A stretch of DNA of 64,000 nucleotides from assembly GCA_010093705.1 (NCBI GenBank), contig MU006094.1, forward strand, positions 409,550-473,549, given 5' to 3'. Source of the stretch: Patellaria atrata CBS 101060. Its lineage: Eukaryota. This document shows, one piece after another, positions 1 to 12,831 of the stretch (positions within the stretch are counted from its first letter, which is position 1; every line of letters begins with the position of its first letter). The notes below the pieces were generated by a model. The model did not search any database. It worked only from the letters and a program-made list of their open reading frames with translations, and was not told the DNA's origin. The translations under genes were made by a program, and so were the position numbers.

Positions 1-1276
1 ATCCTCGTCAAAACTCAAAAGCACTTCCAGTATCAAATCATAAGAGGAGGTTTGATGCATCTTCCGCACGAGGTAGTGAAGAGCGTCATTCATCTGTCAC
101 AGCAGGAGGTGGACCTCGAGGCCAGAAACGAGGAAGGGATTTTGAACTAGAAAGGGTATGTGCTATCTCTTCCATTTTATTCTATTCGGGAATACAATAG
201 TGCTATTTTCATGCGTGTCATCTATCTTTCTATTGATCCCTTGCTATGTTGCCATTTACCACGTTGCGTCCCATGGCCCCTGAACACCATTTTTTTATAT
301 CTCTTCTCTCCTCTCTTCTCTTCTCTTCTTCTTCCAACTCAATCCACTCTTTTCACTACAACTCATTCACACTCTCAACATTACATTTTGTACGAATCGT
401 ACAACTTCACATTTTCCATCTGTTATCCCAACGTTTTCAGCATGGCAAGAACCCGTGGACGAAATTCCAAGGGGAAAAGGGCAGCCTTGCCCCAAAACCC
501 AAAAACAAAAGTCTACCAAGGCGATTCAGCCGGCGCAGGTCGCAAGCCTGGCTGGATTTGTACGGACTCGACGTGTCCGTACAGAAAAGCTAACTTGCGG
601 CAAGGAAGAGAACTTCATGTCGCGACCCGCCGTACGAATTTCGATTCCCGACAGGTTGAAGAGTCTTCTCGTTGATGACTGGGAGAATGTAACGAAGGGA
701 ATGATGCTCGTTTCAGTGCCATCCGAGACACCAACATCCCTGATCTTGGATGAATACTTCGAGCAGGAAAAGGCAAAGCGTGCGGAAGGCAGTGCTGAGA
801 TGGACATTCTGGAGGAAGTTATTGAAGGCCTCAAGGACTACTTCGACAGGGCCTTGGGCCGCATGCTTCTCTATCGTTTTGAGCGTGAACAGTTCGCAGA
901 AATCTACAGACAGATGGAAAACCCGACTGGACCGTTGGCTGGCAAGAAGGCATCTGATATCTACGGTGGAGAACATCTACTCCGCCTATTCAGTACGTAT
1001 CGCCTTTGATCTTCTTGAACTATCGCACTAACGAACACTATAGCGAGTATGCCCGAATTGATTGCCGCTACGAACATGGACAAACAATCAGTCATTCGTC
1101 TACGCGAAGAGCTTTCCAGAATCGCATTCTGGCTCAGCAAGGATGAAAACATGAAGCGCTATTTCTCAGAGCCTTATCGTCATGTGGAGAGCGATTACAC
1201 CAACAAATCTCGCGGCGACAACAAGCAAGCGGATGAGAAGATCTTCGGCGAAGAGCCATCCAGTGCTGAAGCATGA
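1..1276 (+). CDS. EAF3: Chromatin modification protein Eaf3 (MRG15 family), 5'-partial; exons <1-155, 605-~993, ~1043-1276
   Basis: MRG domain motifs IPDRLKSLLVDDWENVTK, EVIEGLKDYFDRALGRMLLYRFER, IYGGEHLLRLF, MPELIAATNMD. Phase-0 intron 156-604 (GTATGT...GCTAAC..AAG) joins RGQKRGRDFELER to EENF. Confidence 0.93.
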
Positions 1277-2710
1277 GTATGTGACGTGGTCTATTGCATG
1301 TATGGTGTTTAGGAGTTTCTAGTGCAATGGGAAGATGGCACGGTTTCTTCGAGTCTGTTACCTGCGTGCAGGAGCAGAGCCGACTGGTTTTCAATTGCAT
1401 TTTATGGATGGTGATGGATTAGCTCAACCATTTGATGGTCAAGTTTTGAATTTTGTAACTATCCTGCTAGTCGAGAGCTTCTTTGTCATGACAGCTTTTC
1501 TAGCAGAAATCAAGCCCTACATTTTGACAAGTTTCGTTAGCACCTGAAATCTTTGGTCCCCGAAGTGGTTCGTATTCGGTGTATAGGGTTCATATGCAGA
1601 AGGATTAGTATCTTCGTATAGCAGCGCTAACCATTCTAAGCAGAGAGCTTTAGCCAAAGTAGCCAAAATGTTCGCCATGCGCTCCTATAATTACAAGCTT
1701 TCCAGCTATACAAGTATCTTGAAAACTACCACAGCCAGCCACTAACGCTCGCCAGTGAGCGGATGGGCTACGGAGTACTTTTGGACGTCAGGGGAGAGCA
1801 ACAGGGGAGAGCAAGAGGGGGAACGAGACCACAGCTTCGGGACAAAGTTCTCTGGGAGCCCCGGGCTTTTAGCTGCAAGCCTTTGACCGCTGCTTCACTC
1901 AACTTTGAATTTTATATTGACCTTTATAGTAACTCTCACCGCGCCTTGCAAATTTTAGAGGCATATCATCGCAAAAGGTACATTTATTTATATAAAAAAA
2001 AGAAGAAGAAGAAGGCAAGAAAGTCGACAGCCTCATGCTTTTCATATGGCAAATATGACATTTCTCCAAGCGTTCTCACCCCACGTCTCCACGCCCTCGA
2101 TCTCTTGAAAGGTGTTTAGGATCGCCTACGAGGAGCGCACACCCTCCCATAATGACGGTCATTATTGGTTGCAGGCTCGTTAATCCGTCAAAGGCCCAGC
2201 CCAGTCCAACAAGTTTATGACGCCTCAGCCGCTCGAGTCTGACGGTCATTTTGTCTGACAACGCTGTCAAGTCTTCTGTGACAGAGCGCATGCAGGTTAT
2301 CAAACTTCTTGGGCTTAAAGAGGCTTCTGCATGTGAACTACCGCTCACTTCCTCACTCAGAGCTACTTCACCGAAGATCCTCTGTTCAAAGATAAGGTGA
2401 GTTGGCCCACGGTCAGGCTGAGTGGTATCTGCAAGTTTGCCCTTTTCTCTCTTCCTTCATCTGAACTTGTTGCCGTGTCGTTCCAGTTGCACCAACACAT
2501 CCCGCATCGCTAGAACCATTGATAAGCTGGGACGTTGCTTCTTCGACGATGCTGGGCCATCTTGCCAGCCAACCCGTCCTGCAACCAAACAGACATGAGA
2601 TGATCGAGGAGAAAGATTATCGATAAGCCATATACGTCGCATTCGACTTTGGACAATACTTGAACCCAACTCTCGTCCGCGCCGCGACTACCAGCTACAT
2701 CGCACTGAGC

Positions 2711-4676
2711 ATGTTGGAGCTCGTGGTAGAGTCATGGATCTGGTTCGCCTTCGTGGCGATAATCACCATTGCTCGATTCGTTTCTCGCTCTCTATTATTC
2801 GAATCGGTGTACAAGTTGCAAGTTGACGACTGGATCATGGTGTTTGCGCTTCTCACCTATACCACTCTTATCGTCAGTATCAATATCGTCGCCGACGCTA
2901 GCTCCAACCTCCTACCACCCGACTATGATATCACTCTCTTGACCACGAGCGATATACGTGGTCGCGAATATGGGAGTAAATTTGTCTTTGTCGTCGAGCA
3001 GATGCAATGCTTGACCATATGGGCTGTGAAGGCCTGTCTGTTGATCATGTACTACCGGTTGACGTATGTCCCCTCGAGTCCGCGCATGTCTCAGATATTC
3101 TCAAATCAAAAGCATTGACTAACAACCTTCCCTTGAGACAGTATCGCTTTGAAAGAGAATATATGCGTCAAAGTTTTGGCAGGTTATGTAGCGTTCAGTT
3201 TTGTTTTTATGGAAATATTCTATCTTGGAGTCTGGTGCCGGTATGTTCTCATAACAGAAATAAAATACTGTTTGATTGAAACTAATAAATATGCTCTTCT
3301 AGTCCTATCACAAACTATTGGGCCGTAAGTTTTACACGTATTCTCCGAAATGAGACACTTTACTCACAATACTACAGGTTCCCACACCGAATTCCCAATG
3401 CAGCGCGGCAACCAATCACCTCATCACTAACGCCGTCTTCAACATCTCTTCCGACGTTCTTATGCTCGTCATGGCACTGCAAATGCTCATCCGCAGCAAA
3501 CTTCCCGTCCGTCGGAAGGCGATTCTTTGCTGCATCTTCGGCCTCGGAGTCTTTGTGGTACGGTCCTTTCCCCCCCTGTTACGCCCCATTTTTACCTTAC
3601 TCACACAGAAATAGATCCTCTCTGCTGTGCTCAACAAATACTATTCATTTACTAACCCCTACGGCTCTCTCTGGACTTTTTGGTACGTCCGCGAATCCTC
3701 CACCGCCCTCCTTGTCGCCAACCTCCCGTTCACCTGGACGCTGCTCCGACGGATCTTCAACCTGCATGCCTTCGACGGCACAAGCTTATCTTCCAACCAC
3801 CACTCCAACCCCCCACCATTCCACTCCCAGCGCACCGCCCGCAACAGACACGCATGGGACGCCGCCAAGGATGCTGTGGTGAAGCACTCCGAAAAAGCAG
3901 AAGGAATGATCTACGGAAGGGGAAGCGGAACGAAGAGCCAATTAGGAAAGGAGCGATACTCCGGCGGGGGCCGAGACTCGAGGAGTGCAAGACACGGCGG
4001 GCACGGCGGGAAATTCCTCTCCGCAACCGAAGACCATAAACACGTTTCCCGCCCCTCCTCCTCCCACGGCCCCAAACACTCACGTCCCCATTCCTTCCAC
4101 GGCCCTCCCAATCATACCCACGACCCCGGCCGTCTTAGCCCCTTCCCTCATCTCCATCTTCCTCATCATCTTCACAGCAACCATAGGAGAAGTGTTAGTA
4201 GTAGGTCTAGCACCGCGACACCGAGTAGTCCCACTTCTACACACCACAGTAGGGGCAGCTCGGATGTGAATTATAGTTTCGATGCCATGCAAAGGGATTT
4301 GCAGATGTGGAATGAGCAGGGTATCACGCGGCACCAATATGCCGGAAACGTGCTTGAAGGGCGGAGACGCCCGGTTTCACCTATGGATGAGTTGGTGCAT
4401 GGACGGGCGGATAGGGAAGCGTTGGAGGGGGATGAGGAGGCGTGGGTTGGAGGGAATGCGGGGGAGACGGTTTCGAGGGATGAGGCAAAGGAGAGAAGAA
4501 TTTCGAGAGATGAAGAAAAAGAGGAGAGAGTTCAGAGAGATGACAAAGAAGCCACAACCGACGATGAACAGCAAGGCGTGGGGAGACAGTGGGCCGTCGG
4601 CATCGGGAGGGTGGATACGGGATTCAGGCAGGAGTTGAGGGAGATGGAACGAGCGGTTTTGGCGTCGGATAAATAA
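2711..4676 (+). CDS. PTH11/SAT4-like integral membrane protein (fungal rhodopsin-like 7TM domain) with a long low-complexity C-tail; about 5 introns including a micro-exon near 3303-3324
   Basis: Hydrophobic helices with LQVDDWIM, GSKFVFVVEQMQCLTIWAVKACLLIMYYRL, WAVPTPNSQCSAATNHLITNAVFNISSDV and WYVRESSTALLVANLP. Canonical splice sites. Confidence 0.85.
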
Positions 4677-5248
4677 CTCTTCATCATGATGGATCCTGAA
4701 CCTGGATTTCGGATCCATGCTGTGTTTCATAGCGGTGGGGTAGATATCTGGTGTTTATTTATGGGTTTGACTTTTTCCTCTTTTTTTTCCTTATCTTTTT
4801 CTTGGCTCGATACCCCCTTGCTATCATTTATGTCCTCAAAATTCAGGTGTGGGATAGGAGTTTTTGGGAACGATGGGATGAGTATGATATAGGTATGATC
4901 ATATATGGGTATGAGGGATGTCTTTACTGTATCTCGTGAGCTGTACCTTACCTTGGGGCTTTGTATTCAGTAGAACTAGGAACGAACTTAGAGATGTTGT
5001 ATTGTACAGTACCGCACGACCTTGAAGAGGTTTGAAAAGGTTGACTTGATTTTAATATTCATGTTGTACGGTACAGAAGCCATGAGGAAGGGCCCGGGGG
5101 GATGTCTACCCGGTACGGTACCGCTTCCCCGTACGGAACGGAGCCCATTCTACCGCTCCGACCTTTCGCATCGGCCCGACCGCATAATAACTATAATTTC
5201 AACCCCGACCAACACAGCTAACAACGAAAATCACCAAAACAATAAAAG

Positions 5249-5870
5249 TTTTTTTTTTTTTTTTTTTGATGGAGTTTTTCTTTGGGACAGGGAAGGTTAT
5301 ACCTCTGTCCTCTATTCTCTGCCCTAGAACTAGGGATGGGAGTCAAACTTAACCTTCGCTAGGATAGTTGTGCTAGTGTACAGTGGGAGCACGATATGAT
5401 GATATCCCGGTGTTAATGTGCGCTGGTGGAACAGTATAGTTCAATGAGGGGGGTTTGTTCGAATGAGCATTTTGACAGTATGTCATAATGGTGGGATAGG
5501 AGGCGTGGTGCGGAAGTAGAGTAGGGGATTAGCATGGGGATAGGGGGGGTGAGGATAGGGGTATAAAAATAAGGGGTGCGGGGGTGTAAGCGGAAGAAGA
5601 GAAAAAGGGCGTGGTGGAGAGAAAAGGGGGTATGATTACCTGCGGTAGGGGCTTGATGATGAGGAGTTTCGCCTAAGATTGTCAAGAGTGATTGAGTTGA
5701 GAGGTTTTATCGTTGACGGGTATTTCTGGGGCAGTTCATCCACCGGCCATCTTTTATATTACTCTCTTCTCCTTGCTGGTTGTGGGGATGTCCCTTTAGG
5801 TCAAGGTGTCTTCGGTAGTGTTGGATTGAATGGTGGGAGAACCTATGAGAAATACCATAATCCTGTGGTT
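5249..5870 (-). mobile_element. Probable 5'-truncated non-LTR retrotransposon (LINE/Tad-like) 3' end with poly(A) tail
   Basis: 19-nt T run at 5249-5267 (A tail on minus strand). It is preceded on minus by a stem-loop-rich 3' UTR and a decayed frame CPRNTRQR*NLSTQSLLTILG resembling a LINE ORF2 C-terminus. No TSD found; the 5' boundary is uncertain. Confidence 0.5.
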
Positions 5871-6162
5871 GTAATATTAAAAACGTATCGAGGACGGTAA
5901 CGTGTCCGCGTCGAAAAGAGAGAGATATGAAATCTACTGTTCTAAATATATCATCATTATAAATACAGTATCAAAGGAGATTACAGCCATATTACCCATC
6001 AAGTATCAAAGTGAAATATTACAGATACCACCTAAAGCATCACATTTAAAAGGAGATAGGAAACATCACTGCTTAATCTTACACCACCATAGACAAATGA
6101 AAGATCATCCCATAATCGTACAGCACCAAGAAAGAGAAACCATAATATCCTTTCGTACACTA

Positions 6163-7310
6163 TCAAACTCGAAGAAACTGTAACAGGCTAGAGCCTAGTG
6201 GTATGAGCGCGCCCTGCATCCGAAGATCAGCCAGTAATATTTTCCTCAAACCTGCCTTCAGACTCTTTTCTTCTTCTTTATCTTGATTGTAGATAGCATC
6301 TGGACTAGATAGTTGGAACACAATTACTAGAGGCCGCTCACAGAAACGAGAAACTACTGGATTGACAGTAAGGATTGACTGGTTGAAAGGACCTGGAGAT
6401 TTTGGGTTATCTAGAAGATGGTCACTCATCTAACTCGTATTCCCCATCTTCTTTATCTCCAGAAACTTATTTGTTTTCAGCAAGTGCTTCATTTTCTGCA
6501 ACTTCTTCACTTCCAGCGAACCCTCCAACCCCCCTCCCACCACCTTCATATCATTTCTCCTCCCCATAGCTCCGCAATTGTTCGCATGGATGGTACTGTA
6601 GCGCTTTTATGAGGAACCTCCATTGCGAATCGGTTACCTCAGAACCACGGTTCTTTGGCCGATGGTCAAGGTAAAACCGTAACAGGGGCTTCTCATACAG
6701 TCTTTTGCACACGAAGGAGACTGTTGGTACGGTTGGAGGATTGCGAGCTTCATCGTTGAGAATAGTCCCGAAGCTCTTGGAAAACATTGGGACAGTAGAC
6801 CTTTCCGCAATTCCCTGACGATGGTTTTCTCAAGACCATTCTGCGTCTCTGACTCGCGATTGAATTTCTTTTCTCCAAATCCTGAAAAGCTCTGTAAAGG
6901 CAGAATTGTCTCCCATTTGAAGTTGTAGATATCGTAGATTACGGATACGCCTTTGAAGGCGGATTCTAGTGCAGGAATTACCATGGGAGTCCTTTCTATA
7001 TGTGCAAAAAGCTTGTGCATTTTATTCCGGTCGCCGCTATCTGTTCTTATGAATTCCAGAATAGCCTCTTTGGTTAATTATTGTCTTTCCGTTTGAGGCG
7101 TTTTCAGACCATTGTATTTGTTCTCTTTTCCCGTGTCGCGGCTGAAAATTGCGCTCTAGACTTGTGCAAGATAATTCTACTCGATTAGATTGAATATAAC
7201 GGCCAACGCAGAAGCCGTGTCCACAGATTTCTCTGAAGTTGAGCTGTGCAAAACTCCAGTAGTAGTATATATAGCATCCAGAACAGAGCCATTGTTCTTC
7301 AGAGGCCATC
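6163..7310 (-). pseudogene. Decayed orphan gene with an N-terminal Cys/His cluster
   Basis: Four collinear minus-strand ORF fragments (7037-7381, 6634-7020, 6551-6787, 6163-6429) separated by stops or frameshifts; begins MASEEQWLCSGC...ICGHGFC. Confidence 0.4.
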
Positions 7311-7719
7311 TTGGCGAAGGAATAGAAAGATTCAGTGTGAAGAATTGATATTTTAGAAGTTGGTAGGAAAAGAATCCTCAATCCGCAAGAGGATGGAAGA
7401 TGTTCGAGGTGTGTCCGACCTGGAAAAGTGGAGGAGATAGTGAGAAAAAATTGTTCTTTTATAATGATTCTTTAGGTAAGTTGATATGCTTCAAACTCGA
7501 TGTGCACAATTGATCGAGGATTTCAATTTCAGGGAAGAGGTGTATATATGTGTTTCGGGGGAGAGGGATTGACTCAAAGATGAGATGTCTGGATGATACG
7601 TGAGTATGAACGCCATGTGTTGCTTTAATATTCGTTGCACCAACTTATGAGTTCTTTCTGTGACAGATGGGTCCGAAGTGTGAAAGTTGACCCCTGAAGA
7701 GGTATGTGGCCCTATAGTT

Positions 7720-8750
7720 CAATACCCTTCTCACTTCTATAGCTATAGAGAGGCTGAAATGAAGAGATACTATGCCTATATAATTAACTATTCTAGTATA
7801 CCTTACCCGCACTTGATGGTACATAGCTTATTCTAAGAGTTCTAAACGGACTAAGGTGTATTCCTTACATATTCTTTGGGGTATCTTAACATATTAATAA
7901 TATAAGCTCCAAGGGGGGTGAAGCATCAAACATAGTATAGACTACAATTAAACTTATACTATTCATCATAGTATAGGCCGTACGTATGGCCATAGAGACG
8001 CTCGTAAATAGGATGTACGGAGATTCCCGTATAGAGGATTGTGGAGCACGCCGTACAGAGGCCGTGCCAGAGGGTCGTTGTGACCATTGAGAGGCCGAAT
8101 GAGGTTGAATGGATGGTCGAAGACGTGGGCGAAGAGATAGCTGAATAGATGGTCGCCGACGAAGTCGAACGAGGTTGAACAGGTGTTCGTTGACGAGGCC
8201 GAATAGATAGTGTCGTTGTCGTTGACGAGGATGAATGAAAGGCCGAAGACGTGGACGAAGAGATAGCCGGACAGATAGCCGTTGACGAAGCCGGACGAGG
8301 CTGAACAGATGATCGAAAACAAAGCCGAACGTGCCTAAATATATGGCTAAAGATGAGTAATACCGTACGATGCATCTGATGCTAATGGCCGTAGGGGCAA
8401 GTACCAAACTTCTCCGAAATACCGTGAACGAGGCCGTATAATAGTCCGTATACAAGATTGTTGATGGGTAATTTCGTGTGAGGTATCTAATACTAGGAGC
8501 CGTAAAGGCCAGCTAAGGTATTGTGTAGTGTAGAGGCTACTGCGCCAAAGAGAGGGCTGTAGATATCCGTTTATTTAGTGTCGTTGAATATAAGGTAACA
8601 CGCCGAATAATGCAGGCTAAACGGCTACCTTAGAAAGTAGATAATCTGACTTATTCGATGTCGCCGTTATAACGGAAGATAACAAGGAGGTACCTAATAG
8701 CCTTCAACAAAGTCTTAAGTACGCTAACAGAGGCTTTTTTTGGCCGAGGT
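7720..8750. repeat. TpA-enriched, RIP-like degenerate element with an internal direct repeat
   Basis: Two ~65-bp copies (~8120-8183 and ~8245-8309; GAAGACGTGGRCGAAGAGATAGCYG...) that differ mainly by transitions. Flanks are visibly TA-rich. Confidence 0.5.
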
Positions 8751-8898
8751 AGGTACCCCCTATAGCCAGCATAACTGCACGTCATTACATGATGAACCTT
8801 CATCTCGTTGATCAAAGAAGGGCCTTACGGCTCTATTTCACCTCAAGATATGACGAACCATGATACGGGGATCAACTATTCAATGACAATTAGATCGA

Positions 8899-10533
8899 CT
8901 ACCGTTTCGATGTCATAAGACAGGACTCACGGTGCTTGAAAGTAATCACACCATCAAGATGGGTCCTTGAAGTGAGAACCAACCAGCTCATAATGTACTG
9001 TCTAAGAGGACTATCAAACATACCAGCTTGAATACGGCGTGCAGATACACAGGGATCACAAATGAATTTTACAGAAGTCAATACCACCACCACGGGGAAT
9101 GGAAAATTAATTATGTTATTTAAGACATGTTCTAATTAGAAAGGGGAACCCCCAGATCATCAACCGAAGAATTGGGAGAGCATTAGGGCAATATCAATAT
9201 CCAACCCAGTACAAAGGAAATAGAGCTTTTATGATCGTACACTGGACCATGAAAACAAACCCAATCAACCGACATCCTACAGAGATCCTAAATTAAAACT
9301 AGAGAGAGCTTACACCATTAACCTTGTCAAGTTGTGGGTTAACCCGTATAATGTGGGTAATATAGATCACAGTTGAAGAAAGATAGCCCCGAGATGGAGT
9401 ACCCCATAGCGGGGAGTATGACCTGCTTGCACACGACTGTTAAGACGTTTGAATAGGAATAGACTCGGTTGTTGGTTGGTTCTTACCAGAGACCCTCTTT
9501 TTGGTCATACGAGCTTCCATCTCGCGTTTATGGACCTTAGTCCTGAGATTAAATAGCTTCATGTGGCAACTCATTCCATATACTTGCGATATAGGTTGAG
9601 CTACCTAAACCAGTCCCTTGATCCCAAACGTCTACACATGAGTGGACAATTGTGCAGAGTTTCGCTTTTACGAACTTGTAAATAAACTCCCATTGATCAT
9701 AAACCAGGAAACCGAGACTAGACCCATCGGGTTTGGTTAGCAATCCATGAAGTGAATGCTGAGCGTAAAGCAGAGCACATATTTTATCGATTGACGCTCC
9801 GTTCAAGTGGGCCACCTTGATATCAGGGGTTGGAATTGACTCTGTAACTTTCGTTCAAGGCTGAATCCTCGATATCCTGTCTCCAAACTTTTCTTAACTG
9901 TTTAACTTTAGCCTTTGTTTCCACTCCCACATACTCGAACTGCAGGGAATGGCACACTTCAACGAGAGCGTCATCCAAAGCTTGGAGGATATTCTCTTGG
10001 GAATTGACCCATACCCCTTCTTTGCTAGCTTTCCTGTTCCACGTTTCCTGGAAATCCACATGTGATGGGTCTTTCAATCTGGGAATACTCCTCACATTGT
10101 CTTGTAGAACCCCGGGTGTGGGGGGTGGCGGGCTCGGAGTGTGAGTATATCATGAATAGACATATTAGGTGGATGCGTATTGCAGGCAGTACAGCTTTCT
10201 GTGTGTTCTTAACAATCGAGGCCGATCCAATAGTCACAGTCCTTCTTGATGCCGACATGACGACGAGTTCCATCATTAAAAAGGGATTTATAGGAGGCAT
10301 AAATTTTCTGCCTACAGCGAATGCAGACATCATCTTTTGGCAGTTGAGCGCAGTTTTGGGCAGTCTGTGAAGCTAACGACTGAGGATTTCCTGAAATAGA
10401 CGTGCAAAGAAAGTAGTGTTAACTCGGAGAGCAAATATGCAAACTTTTGTTGGTGATTAAAATTTTCTTTTTCCTTTGGGTGAACAATGAGAACGACAGC
10501 CTCAACATCGTAGAAGGAGGGAGAATATATCAT
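8899..10533 (-). pseudogene. Decayed orphan gene with a Cys-rich segment
   Basis: Collinear minus-strand fragments (10330-10560; DDVCIRCRQKIY...CDYWIGLDC*EHTESCTAC; 9823-10095; 9549-9815; 8899-9093) broken by stops and frameshifts. Confidence 0.35.
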
Positions 10534-11342
10534 TTTCAGATTCAGCGACTGACTCAACAACGAGAGAATGCCTTGAGTGAATGAGTGTGAGCAGAATGAG
10601 TTATCCGCCGTCGAAGGCGTTTGATTGTATCAGAATGTTTGAGAGATTGAGTCTAAGCCGCGGTGGCCATCAGAGCCAGAGATATATTTGGGAGTTCTCT
10701 GATGGTATTCCTTCTAAGGGCTGACTGGAAAGAATATCGTTGTGCTCACATCGGTTTCAAAGTTTGTCCACTATTTATGACTAGGATTGAGTATAAGACG
10801 CCCAGAAGATGACATTTTGGAGGATGAGTATGCTCAAATGTGAATTACTGAAAGCGATGATTCCCATATCTCATAAACTTGAAGTTATGTGGCAGACTAA
10901 TACGTAAGATTGGGCATGGTTATTGTTTTACTGCACTCCGATTGATACCTGGATATTTTTGACACCCGAAAGACACAGGAAATCATGCAGCAAAAGACGT
11001 ACCGATGATAGCAACGATATTACGGAACCTGCTACGCAGATAAGTGTCTTGAAAGCTTGAGGTTTTACGAAAGAACTTATGAATAAGATGTCGGTGATTA
11101 TATAGCCCACGTAAATCATAAAGGGCACAATTATTCAACTGGGGCCAAAAGATACGCCCAGAATGACAGATGATCAAAGAGTCAAGTGATAGGAACTAGA
11201 ACATAAGGAAGTCCGAAGCCTATGAGGTCCTCTAAGATGTGACACGAGTGGCGTCACCATGTTTAGTCAGCTCAAAGTGAGTCATCTTTGATATCATCAC
11301 TCATTATAGGAATTCTATATGCCATCTATGCTGACTCACCGT

Positions 11343-12831
11343 TTATTCCTGAATATACTTTTTCAACCCTCTTAGTCTTTCCTGCGCCGTTTCTAGGACA
11401 TCATCATTCTTGCAGACCGCAAATCTGAGATAACTCTCAGCAATATACGCATTCGCATCGCTAACGAACTCGGTGGGTGGTATCGCTGCAACGCCTAATT
11501 CCATGATCAAGAACCATGAGAGCTTGAAATCCCGCGGTCGATCCGCCACGTGTGGTGGGAAAGTATAGTCCTCTGGGAGTTTGATTTTAGACATGTTTAC
11601 CAAGACGAAGTAACCGCCTTGAGGATCAGAATACTTTCAGCTTGTCAGTTAAGGATTTTAACTTAAATATAGATATAAGGCTTACGGGAAGTCCTAGCTC
11701 TCCCCAAATGGTATTGAATTTGTCCATCTTAGCCTTCATTTCTCTCTTCGACTCTTCCCAGAAATTATACTGATCTGCTTGCTCAAATGCGATCGCGGTC
11801 GCTTCTTGTAGCGGACTGACGCTGCTATAACATATACGTGTGTGCGCCGCGCTGACATACTTGATTAGGTGCTCGGGGCCAATAAGCCATCCTACACGCC
11901 AACCTGTGGCATAAAAGTTCTTACCGGCGGATCCCACAGTCAAGGTGATGCTTGCTACTTCAGGGGATAGAGTAGCAATACGAGTGAATGGAACATAGTA
12001 CAACGTGTCATAGACTTCATCGGAGAGGATAAGAATTTTCTTTTCCACGCAAATGTCTGCGATTGCTTGAAGCTCATCCTTGGTAAAGACCTTACCAATA
12101 GGGTTATGGGGAGTGTTCAAAACAATCATACGGGTGTTTGGTGTGATCGCTGCCCGAAAATGTTCTAGTTCTAGAGTCCAGTCCGCTGCTTGTGAGTTTT
12201 GAGTATCGCCATTCTTGGGAGCTTGGAGAGGGACGTATACGACCTTTCCGCCAGCCATTTCAATATTGCTGATATACCTAACATATTGTCAGAATTTCCC
12301 GAGTGAAAATGCTATTGGTACATACTGATCAAAAAAGGGCTCGAAAACAATGACTTCGTCGCCCGGTTCTATGAAACCCATAAATGCGCTCAGCATACCT
12401 GTACGATACCACTGTCAGCTTAGGACTTCTTTCCTGGATGAATATTATCTACCTTCATTTGCCCCTGTCGTGATTGTGACCTCCTTATTTGGATCCAGCG
12501 TCTTGCCATAGAACTTAGAGTACGCATCGGCGATGGCCTTTTTCAGCCTCGGTCTTCCCTTCGTAGGAGCATATTGATTGCAGTCCACTCTATCAAATAC
12601 GCTCTTTGCGGCGTCTATAACGAACTGGGGAGGGTTATAGCCAAAGAAGCCCTGACCCATGTTAACAATGGGCTGGACGGGAGATGCGGCAGCCGCCTCA
12701 TTCACAATGGACCTATTGATCTATTAGCTGGTTATATCAACCTCAAAAGTAGCAATTTCATACCAAACATCTTGCTTCTGGTTAGCAACCCGCTGTGCTG
12801 GTCTGAATTGGGTAGTGTTGACAGAAGCCAT
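11343..12831 (-). CDS. BNA3: Kynurenine aminotransferase (class I PLP-dependent), multi-exon; possible upstream in-frame start at 12954
   Basis: Motifs VNMGQGFFGYNPP, NQYAPTKGRPRL, ITTGANEG, LNTPHNPIGKVF, SDEVYD, GSAGKNFYATGWRVGW (PLP lysine) and YLRFAVCK. Confidence 0.95.

Noticed and set aside
4689..4718. Hairpin ATGGATCC...GGATCCAT just after the PTH11-like stop codon
   Set aside because: Short, and built on self-palindromic GGATCC sites; plausible by chance.
8120..8310. Direct repeats as a CRISPR-like array
   Set aside because: Eukaryotic context, only two long degenerate copies, and no repeat-spacer organisation.
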